Shown: piece after piece, positions 8,440 through 17,552 of the stretch
Layout of the letters: every line of letters begins with the position of its first letter
Numbering within the stretch: the stretch's first letter is position 1
Source of the DNA: an uncultured Alphaproteobacteria bacterium
GTDB lineage: Bacteria; Pseudomonadota; Alphaproteobacteria; MPNO01; DASWLB01
Assembly (NCBI GenBank): GCA_963826605.1
Contig: CAWGXN010000004.1
Span: 4,239 to 68,238, forward strand
DNA: 64,000 nucleotides
Direction: 5' to 3'
The notes under the pieces: generated by a model
Databases searched by the model: none
What the model was told of the DNA's origin: nothing
What the model saw: only the letters and a program-made list of their open reading frames with translations
Position numbers and translations under genes: made by a program

Positions 8440-9583
8440 CTTCGACGCTTGCCCGCCATTCTTTCTTCGAAGATCGGACCAGCGTAGTCGTAGATCACAT
8501 CGCCGAGCCACTTGAATTGCGGCACGACGACGGAGTTGCCGAATTGGCGGTAGGCGCGCGCGTCGGACATGGTCTCCGGGAGGATGAACGGTTTGCCGAG
8601 GTGCTCAGGCGTGAAGCCCATGAGCATCGCGCACTCCGCTGGCGTGAGGCGCCGCGGCCGCTCCGAGTCGCCGACGCGCAGGAGGATCTCTGCTCCATCC
8701 TTGTAGTAGCGAGCGCTCAGCGTCCGGGTGACCCCGTCGATCTCCGCGATCCCGTAGCCGAAGCCGTTGCCCTTGATCAGGTGCCTCGCCCGGTGCTTCT
8801 TTAGCGCGCGCCAGACCCCATCAGTGAGCCTGTACCTTTCGAGTTCGACGGGATCCTGCTCCAGGAGTTCCGCACGAAGCCGAGGCCCGTCGACCGCAGA
8901 GGGCGGGTCCGGAATTTCGAACCGACGCGGGAAGTGGCGCCGGTTGAGCCCCACGATGATGGTCCGCCGGCGGTTCTGGGGCACCCACGCCGCCGCGTTG
9001 ATCACCCGATGGCTCACGCGGTAGCCCGACCTCAGCAGGCGGCGCCGGATGACCTTGAACGTGCGGCCCTGGTCGTGCGAGAGAAGATGACGCACGTTTT
9101 CCAGGAGCAGAACGGGAGGAGCGTCCGTCGGCGGGGGGCTTGACGACAGAAACGCGTCCTCTTCGGCGTCGTCGTTCACGAAGGGTGCCTCGGCCTCGTG
9201 GCGCAGCTCGTCCGCTCCGATGTCCACGGGGCCGCCGACCAGCTTGATGATCTCGAAGAACAGGTTCCCCGACGTCGGGTCGTCAAACCCGTGTGCGCGC
9301 CCGAGGCTCTGCTTCTTGCTGACGCCGGCGATGCTGAACGGTTGGCAGGGGAAGCCCGCGCTGAGGATCTCGTACGGCCGCTGCTTCAGTTGATCCCTCG
9401 TCAGCGTGGTGACGTCGTCCCAGTCCAGCTCGCCCCAATTCTCTGCGTAGGTCTTGCGGGCGAAGCGGTCGATCTCCACCGAGAACGTGCACTCTCCACC
9501 CGCGCGTTGTAGGCCGCCCCGGATGCCGCCGATCCCCGCGAACAGGTCGACGAAGCGGAACCGGGGATCCGGGTCACGCGCAC
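8436..9583 (-). CDS. dcm: DNA (cytosine-5)-methyltransferase. The 5' end needs a 1-nt correction near 9565
   Basis: Motif I FRFVDLFAGIGGIRGG is at 9515-9560, upstream of the tracked ORF start at 9479. Motif IV is GFPCQPFS, followed by ENV and QFGNSV. GTG 9583 becomes in-frame if the C4 run at ~9564-9567 is really C5. Confidence 0.85.
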
Positions 9584-9641
9584 CGTCGCCTTCGAAATCG
9601 GTCAGGTCGACTCGGCGCGGCCGCCCGGATCGAGAGAGCCG

Positions 9642-11708
9642 TCATGAGGCGGCCTCGACAACGGCTTTGAAGCCGAGGCGCTTCGCCTCCTTGAGGATCT
9701 TCTCGCCCTGCACGGCCTGCTTCCGTGACGGCTTGCGTCCCGCCGCCGCCAGGCCGCCGAGGCTGAATGCGATGCTCCGCTGCCAGCCTTGCAGGTTCTC
9801 GGTCTCCTTCGCCCACTTCGAGATCTGGAACCATGTGCTCGGAGGCACCTGCGCCATCTCGTCGATGAGCGCCTGTTCCCCGGGCGACGTGTAGTCGGCA
9901 AGCGCCTCCGTGGCGCGACGCCTGCGCCCATCGGCCGCGCCGGACGAGAGGAGGACAGCAGCCGGCAGGGACATTGCCTCTGGGATGTCGAGCCCCTTCA
10001 CCCTCTCCCAGCACTCGGGCCGCTTCGACCACTCCGTGACGTTGCCGCCCCGTGGCGGGCTGATGATCACCTCACGGACGGCAATCGCGATCGCCCGAAT
10101 AGCGTCCTCCAGTTCCGGCCGCAGTCGTTGCTCGCGCCAGATGAGGTCGAGGTCGACGAGCTGGGCGGTCGTGTGGCTGAGGCACGCGACGGAGTACGCC
10201 ACGATGTTGGCGCGGTAGCCGCCGAAGTGCTGGCCCGTGACCAGGCGCTCTGTCTGGCGGAACAGGATGGCCTTCGCAATGAGCCGCTCGAAGTACTCCT
10301 GCGTTACGGCGACCGCTCCGCGTTCTCCCAGGCGGAGGGCGAAGTCCCTGAAGTTCTTCTCGGCACCGAGGCTGACGATGTGCGGGAGCGACGACCACGA
10401 GTTCTCGAACTTCGCCAAGTCCGTCTTCGTGAACTTCTGGGACGTCGGGTTGGTCGCCTTGAGGGCCTTCTGGCGCGCCGTGGTGACCTCGCGGGCCAGG
10501 GCGTCCTGGTACTGCCCACGCGCCCGCTCGTAGAACCAGTGCGTCTGCCGCTGGGTGCCGTCGACGGCTGGCGCCCAGACGGTCCGGGACAGCCGCTCGA
10601 GCTCAACGTGGTAGGGATCGTTCGCGGCGAAGTCGGCCTCGTTGACGCGGTTCTGGCTGTTGGCGAACTTCGTGATCTTGGGCACGAACGCGTCGAGCTT
10701 CTCCGGGGCGACAACCGTGATCTTGGCTGCGACTGCGAGGTGAGCGAGGTCGGCCGCGTCCCTCCGCCTCGCCGCGTGGATCGAGGCCGTCGTCTGGCCG
10801 CCGTTCACGATCTGCACGTCGTCCAGCGCGCCAACGCCGCGGGCGCCGCTGGTTGAGTCAAGACGGAGCCGCGACGCCGTGATCGAGATCCCGTTGTTGT
10901 AGGCGAGGAAGTGCTCGGGCTCCTCCAAGATCGTCTTCCGGATCCCTTGGTTCACCTTGCCGCGTGCTTGGAGGAAAGACCGGACGTTGCGCTCCAGCAG
11001 GCGTGGGCCGTACTCCTCGTAGATGTCAGCGAGCACAGACCCGGGTATTACAGCGAGGTACGCCGTGAAGTCCCCGTTGGCCGATCCGGCTGAGACGCAC
11101 GGGAGCGGCTCGCCGAACCGCGCTGTGAAGTCGATCGAGATGGGCTCCCTCGCGAGGCCCGAGGTTGCGGCGCGGAAAGTCCGCCGAAGGTCCCAGACGT
11201 GGAAGGAGACGATGACGTCCCCCTCCTGCTCGGCCTTGACCTCCTCAACAGTCGTGAGGCCGTCGGTGAGGAAGAACAGCCGCAGTGACCGGACGCTCGG
11301 GCCGAACGCGTGGATCGACTGGACCATATCGAAGGCCGGGGACGCCTCCTCCATGGTCTTGTGGAGACCGGCCCGCGACTTCCTGTAGAGCTCCCGAAGT
11401 CGGCCGAACGCCGTCGAAACCTCGCTTCTTGGCACGGTCGCGGGGGGCGTGGAGCCGGTGTACCGGGTAACCATCAGGTTCAGGGTGCCGAGCTCCTCGT
11501 CGACGCTGTAGCCGCTCGCCTCGAGGCCCCGCGCCTGGTAGAAGCACACGTCGGCGTCGTCGATCTCGCCCACGTCCGCGAGGATCCCGACCATCCACCT
11601 GGTGAACTCGTCATGGAGCAGAGCCCCCTCATCCGAGGCGTCGGCGGAGGCCAGGATGCCCTGCTGGACCTCGACGGAATAGGCGGCGAGGTCCTCGTCG
11701 AGGCTCAT
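9642..11708 (-). CDS. AIPR (abortive-infection phage resistance) family protein
   Basis: Reads RSFLQARGKVNQGIRKTILEEPEHFLAYNNGISITA...IVNGGQTTASI. ATG 11708 overlaps the upstream stop (ATGA at 11705-11708). Confidence 0.85.
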   Translation of the reverse strand: MSLDEDLAAYSVEVQQGILASADASDEGALLHDEFTRWMVGILADVGEIDDADVCFYQARGLEASGYSVDEELGTLNLMVTRYTGSTPPATVPRSEVSTAFGRLRELYRKSRAGLHKTMEEASPAFDMVQSIHAFGPSVRSLRLFFLTDGLTTVEEVKAEQEGDVIVSFHVWDLRRTFRAATSGLAREPISIDFTARFGEPLPCVSAGSANGDFTAYLAVIPGSVLADIYEEYGPRLLERNVRSFLQARGKVNQGIRKTILEEPEHFLAYNNGISITASRLRLDSTSGARGVGALDDVQIVNGGQTTASIHAARRRDAADLAHLAVAAKITVVAPEKLDAFVPKITKFANSQNRVNEADFAANDPYHVELERLSRTVWAPAVDGTQRQTHWFYERARGQYQDALAREVTTARQKALKATNPTSQKFTKTDLAKFENSWSSLPHIVSLGAEKNFRDFALRLGERGAVAVTQEYFERLIAKAILFRQTERLVTGQHFGGYRANIVAYSVACLSHTTAQLVDLDLIWREQRLRPELEDAIRAIAIAVREVIISPPRGGNVTEWSKRPECWERVKGLDIPEAMSLPAAVLLSSGAADGRRRRATEALADYTSPGEQALIDEMAQVPPSTWFQISKWAKETENLQGWQRSIAFSLGGLAAAGRKPSRKQAVQGEKILKEAKRLGFKAVVEAAS

Positions 11709-12709
11709 GCTGCCGCCCCTCTCCCTATGCGGGCCAACAGCGCGGGGAAGCCGATCTCGTGCTGCTTGCAGCTGTCGACTGCGACGCCATAGGAGACTTC
11801 GCCGACCCCCATGGGCAGGTCGTGCTCGGTTAGCCGCGGGAAATCCGTGCCGACCTCGCACGCCAGCGCCCATCGCACGTTGTACGAGGTGTGCCGGTAG
11901 CGCGACGCCTGCGGGTCGGCCCAGCCCGCCGACAGCAGCCGATCCTGCAGCAAGTCGAGGGCGGCGGGCTCGGACTGGACGGATGCCCGGGCTTCGACCA
12001 CGGCGTCGACCAGAGTCGGCGTGCCCCCTGTCCTCGGCTCGAGCGCGACGATGACGAGCCCCAGGAATTCGAGGCCGTCGGACTGGAGCTGGCGCTCACT
12101 GGCGATCCTCACAGCGGCAGGTGCCGCCTGCCGGGTCGTCTTGACCTCCACAGCCCACGCGCCGGTCTGGAAGTCCTGGAGGCCGCCGAGGGGGCCGCGC
12201 CACGTCCCCACGGCCGCGAGCCTCCCGGCCGTCGGGACCAGATGACCAGTCAGGAACCAGAGTTCGCCGAAGAGACCGGCCTGCTCGTCCGGCGAGAGTC
12301 CCTCCGGCGCGGTCTTCTCAAGGAATCGCTGCCAGTGCGCCAATCGCGCGGCGACCGCCTCGACCACGCTCCCCAGGGCTGCCGCCTCAGCCGCCAACAA
12401 GACGTCCTCGGCGAGTGCGGCGAAGATGTCGTTGTACTCCGCGGAGCTGGCCGCGAGCGACACCGTTGATCCGGAGACCGAGAGGGGGAACGGCGACTTG
12501 CTGACCTCGACCCCGCGCAGCCGCAGCTCGCGGAGGGGCGCGGCGTCGACGTCTTGGGGGAAGTCCATCGCCAGCAGTCGGCAGCCGGACGGCTCCGCCA
12601 CCGCGAGATAGAGGGCGACCGGCGCCTGGGAGTCGAGCTTGATCCGAAGGTGGCCGGCGCCCGTGGGCGCTGCCTTCTCGAGCTCGCGCCACTTGGCTTC
12701 GAGGGTCAC
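11705..12709 (-). CDS. PD-(D/E)XK motif protein (DUF4420-like nuclease fold)
   Basis: Reads GLFGELWFLTGHL...WRGPLGGLQDFQTGAWAVEVKTT. GTG 12709 overlaps the Z1 stop (GTGA at 12706-12709). Confidence 0.7.
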   Translation of the reverse strand: MTLEAKWRELEKAAPTGAGHLRIKLDSQAPVALYLAVAEPSGCRLLAMDFPQDVDAAPLRELRLRGVEVSKSPFPLSVSGSTVSLAASSAEYNDIFAALAEDVLLAAEAAALGSVVEAVAARLAHWQRFLEKTAPEGLSPDEQAGLFGELWFLTGHLVPTAGRLAAVGTWRGPLGGLQDFQTGAWAVEVKTTRQAAPAAVRIASERQLQSDGLEFLGLVIVALEPRTGGTPTLVDAVVEARASVQSEPAALDLLQDRLLSAGWADPQASRYRHTSYNVRWALACEVGTDFPRLTEHDLPMGVGEVSYGVAVDSCKQHEIGFPALLARIGRGAAA

Positions 12710-15433
12710 GCCTCGTCCTCCCACCCGAACTCGTTCGCGAGGTGCACCTGGTTCACTACGTACTCGATCTCCCGCTCGACGCCGCGGCTCGGGAAGCTGA
12801 CAGCTAAGCCGACGACCGGTCCGACCGACGTGTGTGCGTCGTAGATGCTCAGAGGGTAGAGGAGCAGCAGGCCGCGCTCGTGCGTCCGCTGCTGCCTCAC
12901 GGCCCAGCCGACGGGCACGCTCGGCTGCCTGGTGGCGACTCCGGCCTCCCGCCAGCGATCGACTGTCACTGCGAGGGCTCTGGCGCGTTCCTCGTCCGTG
13001 AGGTCAAGAGTCTCGTCGGCGGGGTTGACGATCCGCTTGATCGTGAGCGTGCCATTGGGGGCTAAGAGCTTGCGCATGACCAGTCCGACGCCGAGCCCTC
13101 CGATGCTGGCGCCCTTCGTCTCTTCGTCATCAACCGAAACCAGCGCCACCGTCCAGTCCGTCAGGTCTCCCGACACGGCGCTCGCCCGGATGAACTTGGC
13201 GATCGCCTTGGAGTCCGACTTGAGGACGTCGGGGTCGGTGCGGAAGTCTTCAAGGAAGTGCTCGACGGTCTCGGGGCTCACCTTGCGCCAGAGGCGGGTG
13301 GGCCGGGCCTTGCCGGCCGCCCTCGCGGACGGGGTCCAGTTCCGGCCGAGTTCGGCGACCAGCCGGTCAGTAGCGGCGAGGTTCCGCTCGATGTCGTCCT
13401 TGCGGAAGGTGATCGTCTCGGTCGTGCTGTCGCCGAAGGTGAGCCGCACCGTCTTGCTGTGCCGCAGTTTGCTCGGCGAGGTCACCATCAGTCCGTCGGG
13501 GCTCTTCCGGACCCTGCAGCCCGAAGGTCTCAGGCGTCTGGTGGGTGGCGACCATCTCGTCGAAGAGCTCCATCAGCTCCTCGTTCGCGAGGGTGATGTG
13601 CGCGTACCACCGAATGAGCTCGGGCGTCGAGTACAGCCGGCAGAAGTCCGAGTAGCCAGGCCGGTAGCCGAACCAGCGGCCCATCTGCATAAGCGTGTCG
13701 TACATGCGGGAGCCCGGAGGAAGTAGGTGACCGTGAGGCCCTCGAGCGTCAGGCCGCGGCTGAGCTTGTCGCCGCCGACGGCGATCACGGTGAGGCCATT
13801 CTCGGCGTTCTCGACGTAGTCGAGGACGTCTTTCGCAGTGCCGTTGACCTCCTTGACCCTGACGGCGGTGACGACGTCGACCACGTGCGCCCGGACGTCC
13901 TCCCAGCCCAGTGGCGAGGCAGCCCATGCCCTCGCTCGTCGGCTCGAAGTCCGTGTGCCACAGCCGCTCGAGTTCGTCCCAGGCCGACGGGCCGTCGCCG
14001 TCGCCGAACCGCAGTCGGCGGCGCAGGCGGTCCACCTCGTCCCCGATCGCCTCGACGAGCTGCCTCTGCACAGCGGTGAACCGGGTGACGTGGACCAGCA
14101 TGGAGTTGTGCGCGGCCAGCTGCCCTCGCGCTGCACGCGCCGCCGAAGCGAGCACAAAGGCGCGGATCGCCTCCGCCAGCGACTCAGGGAAGGGACCGAC
14201 GACGTGATCCTTCTTGTGCTTGGTCGGCAGCCAGTCCTCCGCGTCCTCCACTTGGCGCAGCAGGGGCAGCGGGTCGCGAGCCGGCTCCTCGCCGAGCGCG
14301 CGCTCGAGGCCGAAGACGCTCGTGGGGCCCATGTAGTTCGACGGGGGCCGGAGGTTGATGATGAAGCTGCGCGGGAAGAGTCCCTCGCCGATGGACGGCG
14401 AGTCGGCGTTGAACTGGCTGAGGATGTTCGCGAACGGGGTCGCGGTGTACCCGACGTAGGCCTTCTTCTCGAATGCGGCGAGCAGCGCACGGATCTGGCC
14501 GTTGATCGTGGAGGGTCGGATCTCCTCGTCCGGCGTCCCGTTCTCGTCGCGCGGGACGTCCTCGCGCACCTTCGACGTGTCTATCGAGGCGTTGTCTGCC
14601 TCGTCGTCGATTATTAGCAGGGGGACGTCGCGGACGACCTTGCGGCCCGTCACCGGATCTTCGACTTGGCGAAGGGTGGTCGCCCACTTCGTGACATTCG
14701 CCAGGATGGCCTTGTTCTTCTTGACGACCAGGAGCACGGGGTCGGCCCCGCCGACCATCACGTTCTGGGTACGCGCGACCTGGAGGCTGAAGTCTCCGTT
14801 GTCCGCACTGCTGGTAAGCGGGTGGACGTTGAGCAGTCCGTACCCTGTCAGCTCGCCGACTCCCATCCGGATGGTCTGGCTGTCCTTGCGCAGTCTGCGC
14901 TGCGTGTCGAAGCCCAGGAACCCCTCGTCGAGGCGAACCTGGGTCTGGCTCCGGAGGCTGTTGTGCAGGCCGGCAAGCACGATAACAAGCTTGTACCCGG
15001 CGTCAGCGGCCTTTGCGATGAGCCCGATGTACGTCGACGTCTTGCCCGACTGGACCCGGCCGACGACGAGTCCGCGCCTGTCCCACGCGCCGGATCGCTC
15101 CGGGTCCTCCAGGCGCCCAAGGATCTCGTCGGTCACGTCGTCGAGCCGGCGGACAACCGAACGCGGCCAGTTCAGCCGGCCTTCGAGGAAGGCCTCGTAC
15201 CGCTCCCAGAATTTCCAGTCGAGATCGGGCTTCCTCCCGCCGAGCCACTCCTTGTGGCCTCGGGGGTCATCGAGGATCTGGCCAGTTGGCACCCATACCA
15301 TGCAAAGGGTTTCGATCTCGCGGACGAGCTCCTCCAGGGTCGTGGCGTCGTCTGGATGGAACTTTCTCCACGCCTCGAGCGCCGTCCCCGCATACGACTC
15401 GATCTGCTCGGTCGTGGGGGTGTCGTCGAGCAT
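12706..15433 (-). pseudogene. Z1-domain protein (P-loop/helicase-like N-terminal part plus Z1 domain) with three frame breaks as sequenced
   Basis: ATG at 15433 (MLDDTPTTEQ). Motifs are GRVQSGKTS, LLIIDDEADNAS, GGDKLSRGLTLEGLTVTYFLR and MYDTLMQMGRWFGYRPGY. Frame changes lie near 13922, 13720 and 13514. The pieces are ORFs 13367..15520, 13573..14490 and 12706..13488. Confidence 0.8.
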
Positions 15434-15462
15434 CTGGAGCACGGAGCCGATGAGCCTGCGAT

Positions 15463-15540
15463 TTACTGAGCCTCCCCCTCGGACAGCACCGACGCGACGA
15501 CCTCTGGGTAGCGGTCGCACAGTTCCATGGTCCCCAAGAT
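15463..15540 (-). pseudogene. 3'-terminal remnant (~25 codons) of the gene preceding Z1, presumably the GHKL/MutL-like ATPase expected in this kind of system
   Basis: Reads ..ILGTMELCDRYPEVVASVLSEGEAQ* with TAA at 15463-15465. Everything upstream in that frame is Arg-rich out-of-frame EamA sequence. Confidence 0.3.
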
Positions 15541-15544
15541 GGCG

Positions 15545-15851
15545 GAACCACGCCGGTCGACACGCCGCGCTCGATCGCCTCGAACACGCCGATCAGATAG
15601 GCGCCGTTGAGCAGCAGCCCGGCGACCGCGATGTGCCCGCCCTCGGTGAGGCTGCGCGGCCAGGGCGCGCGCGTCCACAGCGCGATGACCAGCAGGATGG
15701 TGGCGGAGATGGCGAGCCGGACGGCGAGGAAGCTGAACGGCGGCGCGAAGGGCAGGCCGAGCCGCGCGAAGATGAAGCCGGTCGACCACAGCACGACGAA
15801 CAGCGCGGGTAGCGCGATGGCGGTGGCCGGTCGGGGCGGGGCGGGCAGCAT
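15545..15851 (-). pseudogene. EamA/DMT-family transporter with only the first ~100 codons present, truncated at the junction
   Basis: Reads MLPAPPRPATAIALPALFVVLWSTGFIFARLGLPFAPPFSFLAVRLAISATILLVIALW...LLLNGAYLIGVFEAIERGVSTGV, then becomes non-protein-like. Confidence 0.6.
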
Positions 15852-15958
15852 GGCGGGCAGCGCAGTTTAGTCGCGTTGCGCCCGGATGTCGCGCGTCGCG
15901 GCCCCGCCGCGGCGCCTTCCCGCTCGACGGGGGCGGGCGGGGGGATTACCAATCCGCC

Positions 15959-17041
15959 ATGCGCCGCCTCGGTCTGATCGCCGCCGCCGTCGCGGCCGTT
16001 CTGGCCGCCGGCTACACCGTCTTCTGGTTCCGCGCCGCCGATGCGCTGCAGGCAGGCGTCGCCGGCTGGCAGCAGGCGCGCCGCGCCGAGGGGTGGGATC
16101 TCGCACTCGGCGCCGTCGAGACGACGGGTTTTCCCTTCCGCCTCGCGGCGGTGGCCGACGGCTTCACGATCGGACGGGGCGGGCCGGTCCCCTGGCGCTG
16201 GAGCGGACCGCGCCTCGTCGTCTCCGCGCCGCCCTGGGGCGGTGACGACGTTAGCCTGGATGCACCCGGCGCGCACAGGGCCCGCGCGGACCTCCCGGCG
16301 GGGCCGGTCGCGCTCGCGCTCGACGCCGCGACGGCGCACGGCACGGCGCGGCTTGGCCCGGACGGGCGGGTCGCGGCGCTGCATGTCGTGCTGGCCGGCG
16401 TCACCGGGCACAGCGCCGATGGCGCCCCGTTCCATGTCGATACGGTGGTGCTCTCGCTCTCCGGGGCGCCCGGCCCCGCGGCCTCGCCAGCAGCGGGCGC
16501 GGCGGCGGGCGGGCTGCGCGCCCCCGAGGCGGGGCGGCTTCACCTCACCGCCGACGGGCTGGACCTGCCCGACGGCGCCGCCGGGCCGCTGGGGCGCCGC
16601 ATCGACCATGGCGAGGCGGACGTCACCCTCGATGGCGCGCTGCCGGCCGGGCCGTCGCGCGCGGCGCTGGCCGCGTGGCGTGATGCGGGCGGCACGGTCG
16701 AGCTGCACCGGATCAAGCTCGACTGGGGCACGTTCCGGGCCGAGGCGAACGGCACGCTGGCGCTCGATGCCGAGCTGCAGCCGATCGGCGCCTTCACCAC
16801 CCGGATGTGGGGCGTCGAAACCGCGCTCGACGCGCTGGTCGTGGCGGGGACGATCGACGCACGCGCCGGCGCGATGGCCAAGATCGTGCTGCGGATGATG
16901 GCGAAGCCGGCGGCGGCGCCTGGCCAGCCGTCCGAAATCGAGGTGCCGCTCGCCCTGCAGGACCGCAAGCTCTATCTCGGCCCGGCCGCGGTCGCCCGGC
17001 TGCCGCGCATCGACTGGCCGGACGGCGGCGACGAACGTTGA
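15959..17041 (+). CDS. DUF2125 domain-containing protein
   Basis: 360 aa with an N-terminal TM segment. It reads YTVFWFRAADALQAGVAGWQQARRAEGWDLALGAVETTGFPFRL and has a C-terminal LQDRKLYLGP. Confidence 0.7.
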   Translation: MRRLGLIAAAVAAVLAAGYTVFWFRAADALQAGVAGWQQARRAEGWDLALGAVETTGFPFRLAAVADGFTIGRGGPVPWRWSGPRLVVSAPPWGGDDVSLDAPGAHRARADLPAGPVALALDAATAHGTARLGPDGRVAALHVVLAGVTGHSADGAPFHVDTVVLSLSGAPGPAASPAAGAAAGGLRAPEAGRLHLTADGLDLPDGAAGPLGRRIDHGEADVTLDGALPAGPSRAALAAWRDAGGTVELHRIKLDWGTFRAEANGTLALDAELQPIGAFTTRMWGVETALDALVVAGTIDARAGAMAKIVLRMMAKPAAAPGQPSEIEVPLALQDRKLYLGPAAVARLPRIDWPDGGDER

Positions 17042-17097
17042 CATCGGCCCGCCGCCGCCTTTCGATGGGGCGGGGGCGATACGAAAGGGACACGCCG

Positions 17098-17472
17098 ATG
17101 CGGGTGCTGGTGATCGACGACAACGTGAGCCTCGGCACCATGCTGGTCGAAGCGCTGACCAACGCGGGCTACGAGACGCGCCACGCCGCCGACGGGCAGG
17201 CCGCCGTGCGGGCCTGCGAGGCGCATGGCGCCGACGTTGTGGTGGTGGACATGTTCATGCCCGGCATGGACGGGCTCGAGCTGATCGCGCGGCTGCGGCG
17301 CCGGCCGGGCCACCGGAACATGCGCATCATCGGCATCTCCGGCGGTGGCCGGTCGGGCGATCTCGACCTCCTGCGCATGGCGCAGCGTCTCGGCGCGCAT
17401 GCGACGATGGCCAAGCCGTTCAAGCCCTCCGAGCTGATCGCCAAGATCAAGGAGCTGACGGCGCCGAGCTGA
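17098..17472 (+). CDS. Single-domain (CheY-like) response regulator
   Basis: Reads MRVLVIDDN...DVVVVDMFMPGMDGLELI...MAKPF. Confidence 0.85.
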   Translation: MRVLVIDDNVSLGTMLVEALTNAGYETRHAADGQAAVRACEAHGADVVVVDMFMPGMDGLELIARLRRRPGHRNMRIIGISGGGRSGDLDLLRMAQRLGAHATMAKPFKPSELIAKIKELTAPS

Positions 17473-17519
17473 TCGCGCGGCCGCGGCCCCGCCAAACTTG
17501 TGAACGAAACCGCGAACCC

Positions 17520-17540
17520 GCCGCCGCACGTCGCGGCGGC
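17520..17540. terminator. 8-bp GC hairpin between the regulator gene and the TRAP binding-protein gene
   Basis: gccgccgc-acgtc-gcggcggc, located just upstream of the AGGAAGGAGA Shine-Dalgarno sequence of the next gene. Confidence 0.3.
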
Positions 17541-17552
17541 ACAGGAAGGAGA

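Larger units (their letters stand above)
1..15540. mobile_element. Foreign island segment with defence, toxin-antitoxin and mobilisation genes. The left end runs off the window and the right end is an abrupt junction with chromosomal DNA
   Basis: Contains a TraD-like ATPase, a replication-relaxation gene, the Z1/AIPR/Dcm/Vsr operon and an AbiE-like pair. I saw neither of the two GC-rich repeat families found at 32-62 kb in this segment. Both genes at the 15.52-15.55 kb boundary are truncated. Confidence 0.5.

Noticed and set aside
9583-11708. AIPR-Dcm fusion protein produced by read-through of the in-frame TGA at 9642-9644
   Set aside because: A single missing C in a C-run at ~9565 would give Dcm a normal GTG start with a Shine-Dalgarno sequence, and the window is full of comparable indels. 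Read-through is kept only as the less likely alternative.
15433-15600. Canonical integration site (att repeats, tRNA target, integrase) at the island/chromosome joint
   Set aside because: I found no direct or inverted repeats, no tRNA-like sequence and no recombinase ORF. The island-side gene is itself truncated, which a clean site-specific insertion would not cause.
15593-17044. A 483-aa minus-strand ORF, plus several other long ORFs overlapping the DUF2125 gene
   Set aside because: It is Arg/Gly/Pro-rich and low-complexity, and it runs antisense to a gene with a clear family match. This is the typical shadow ORF of very GC-rich DNA.
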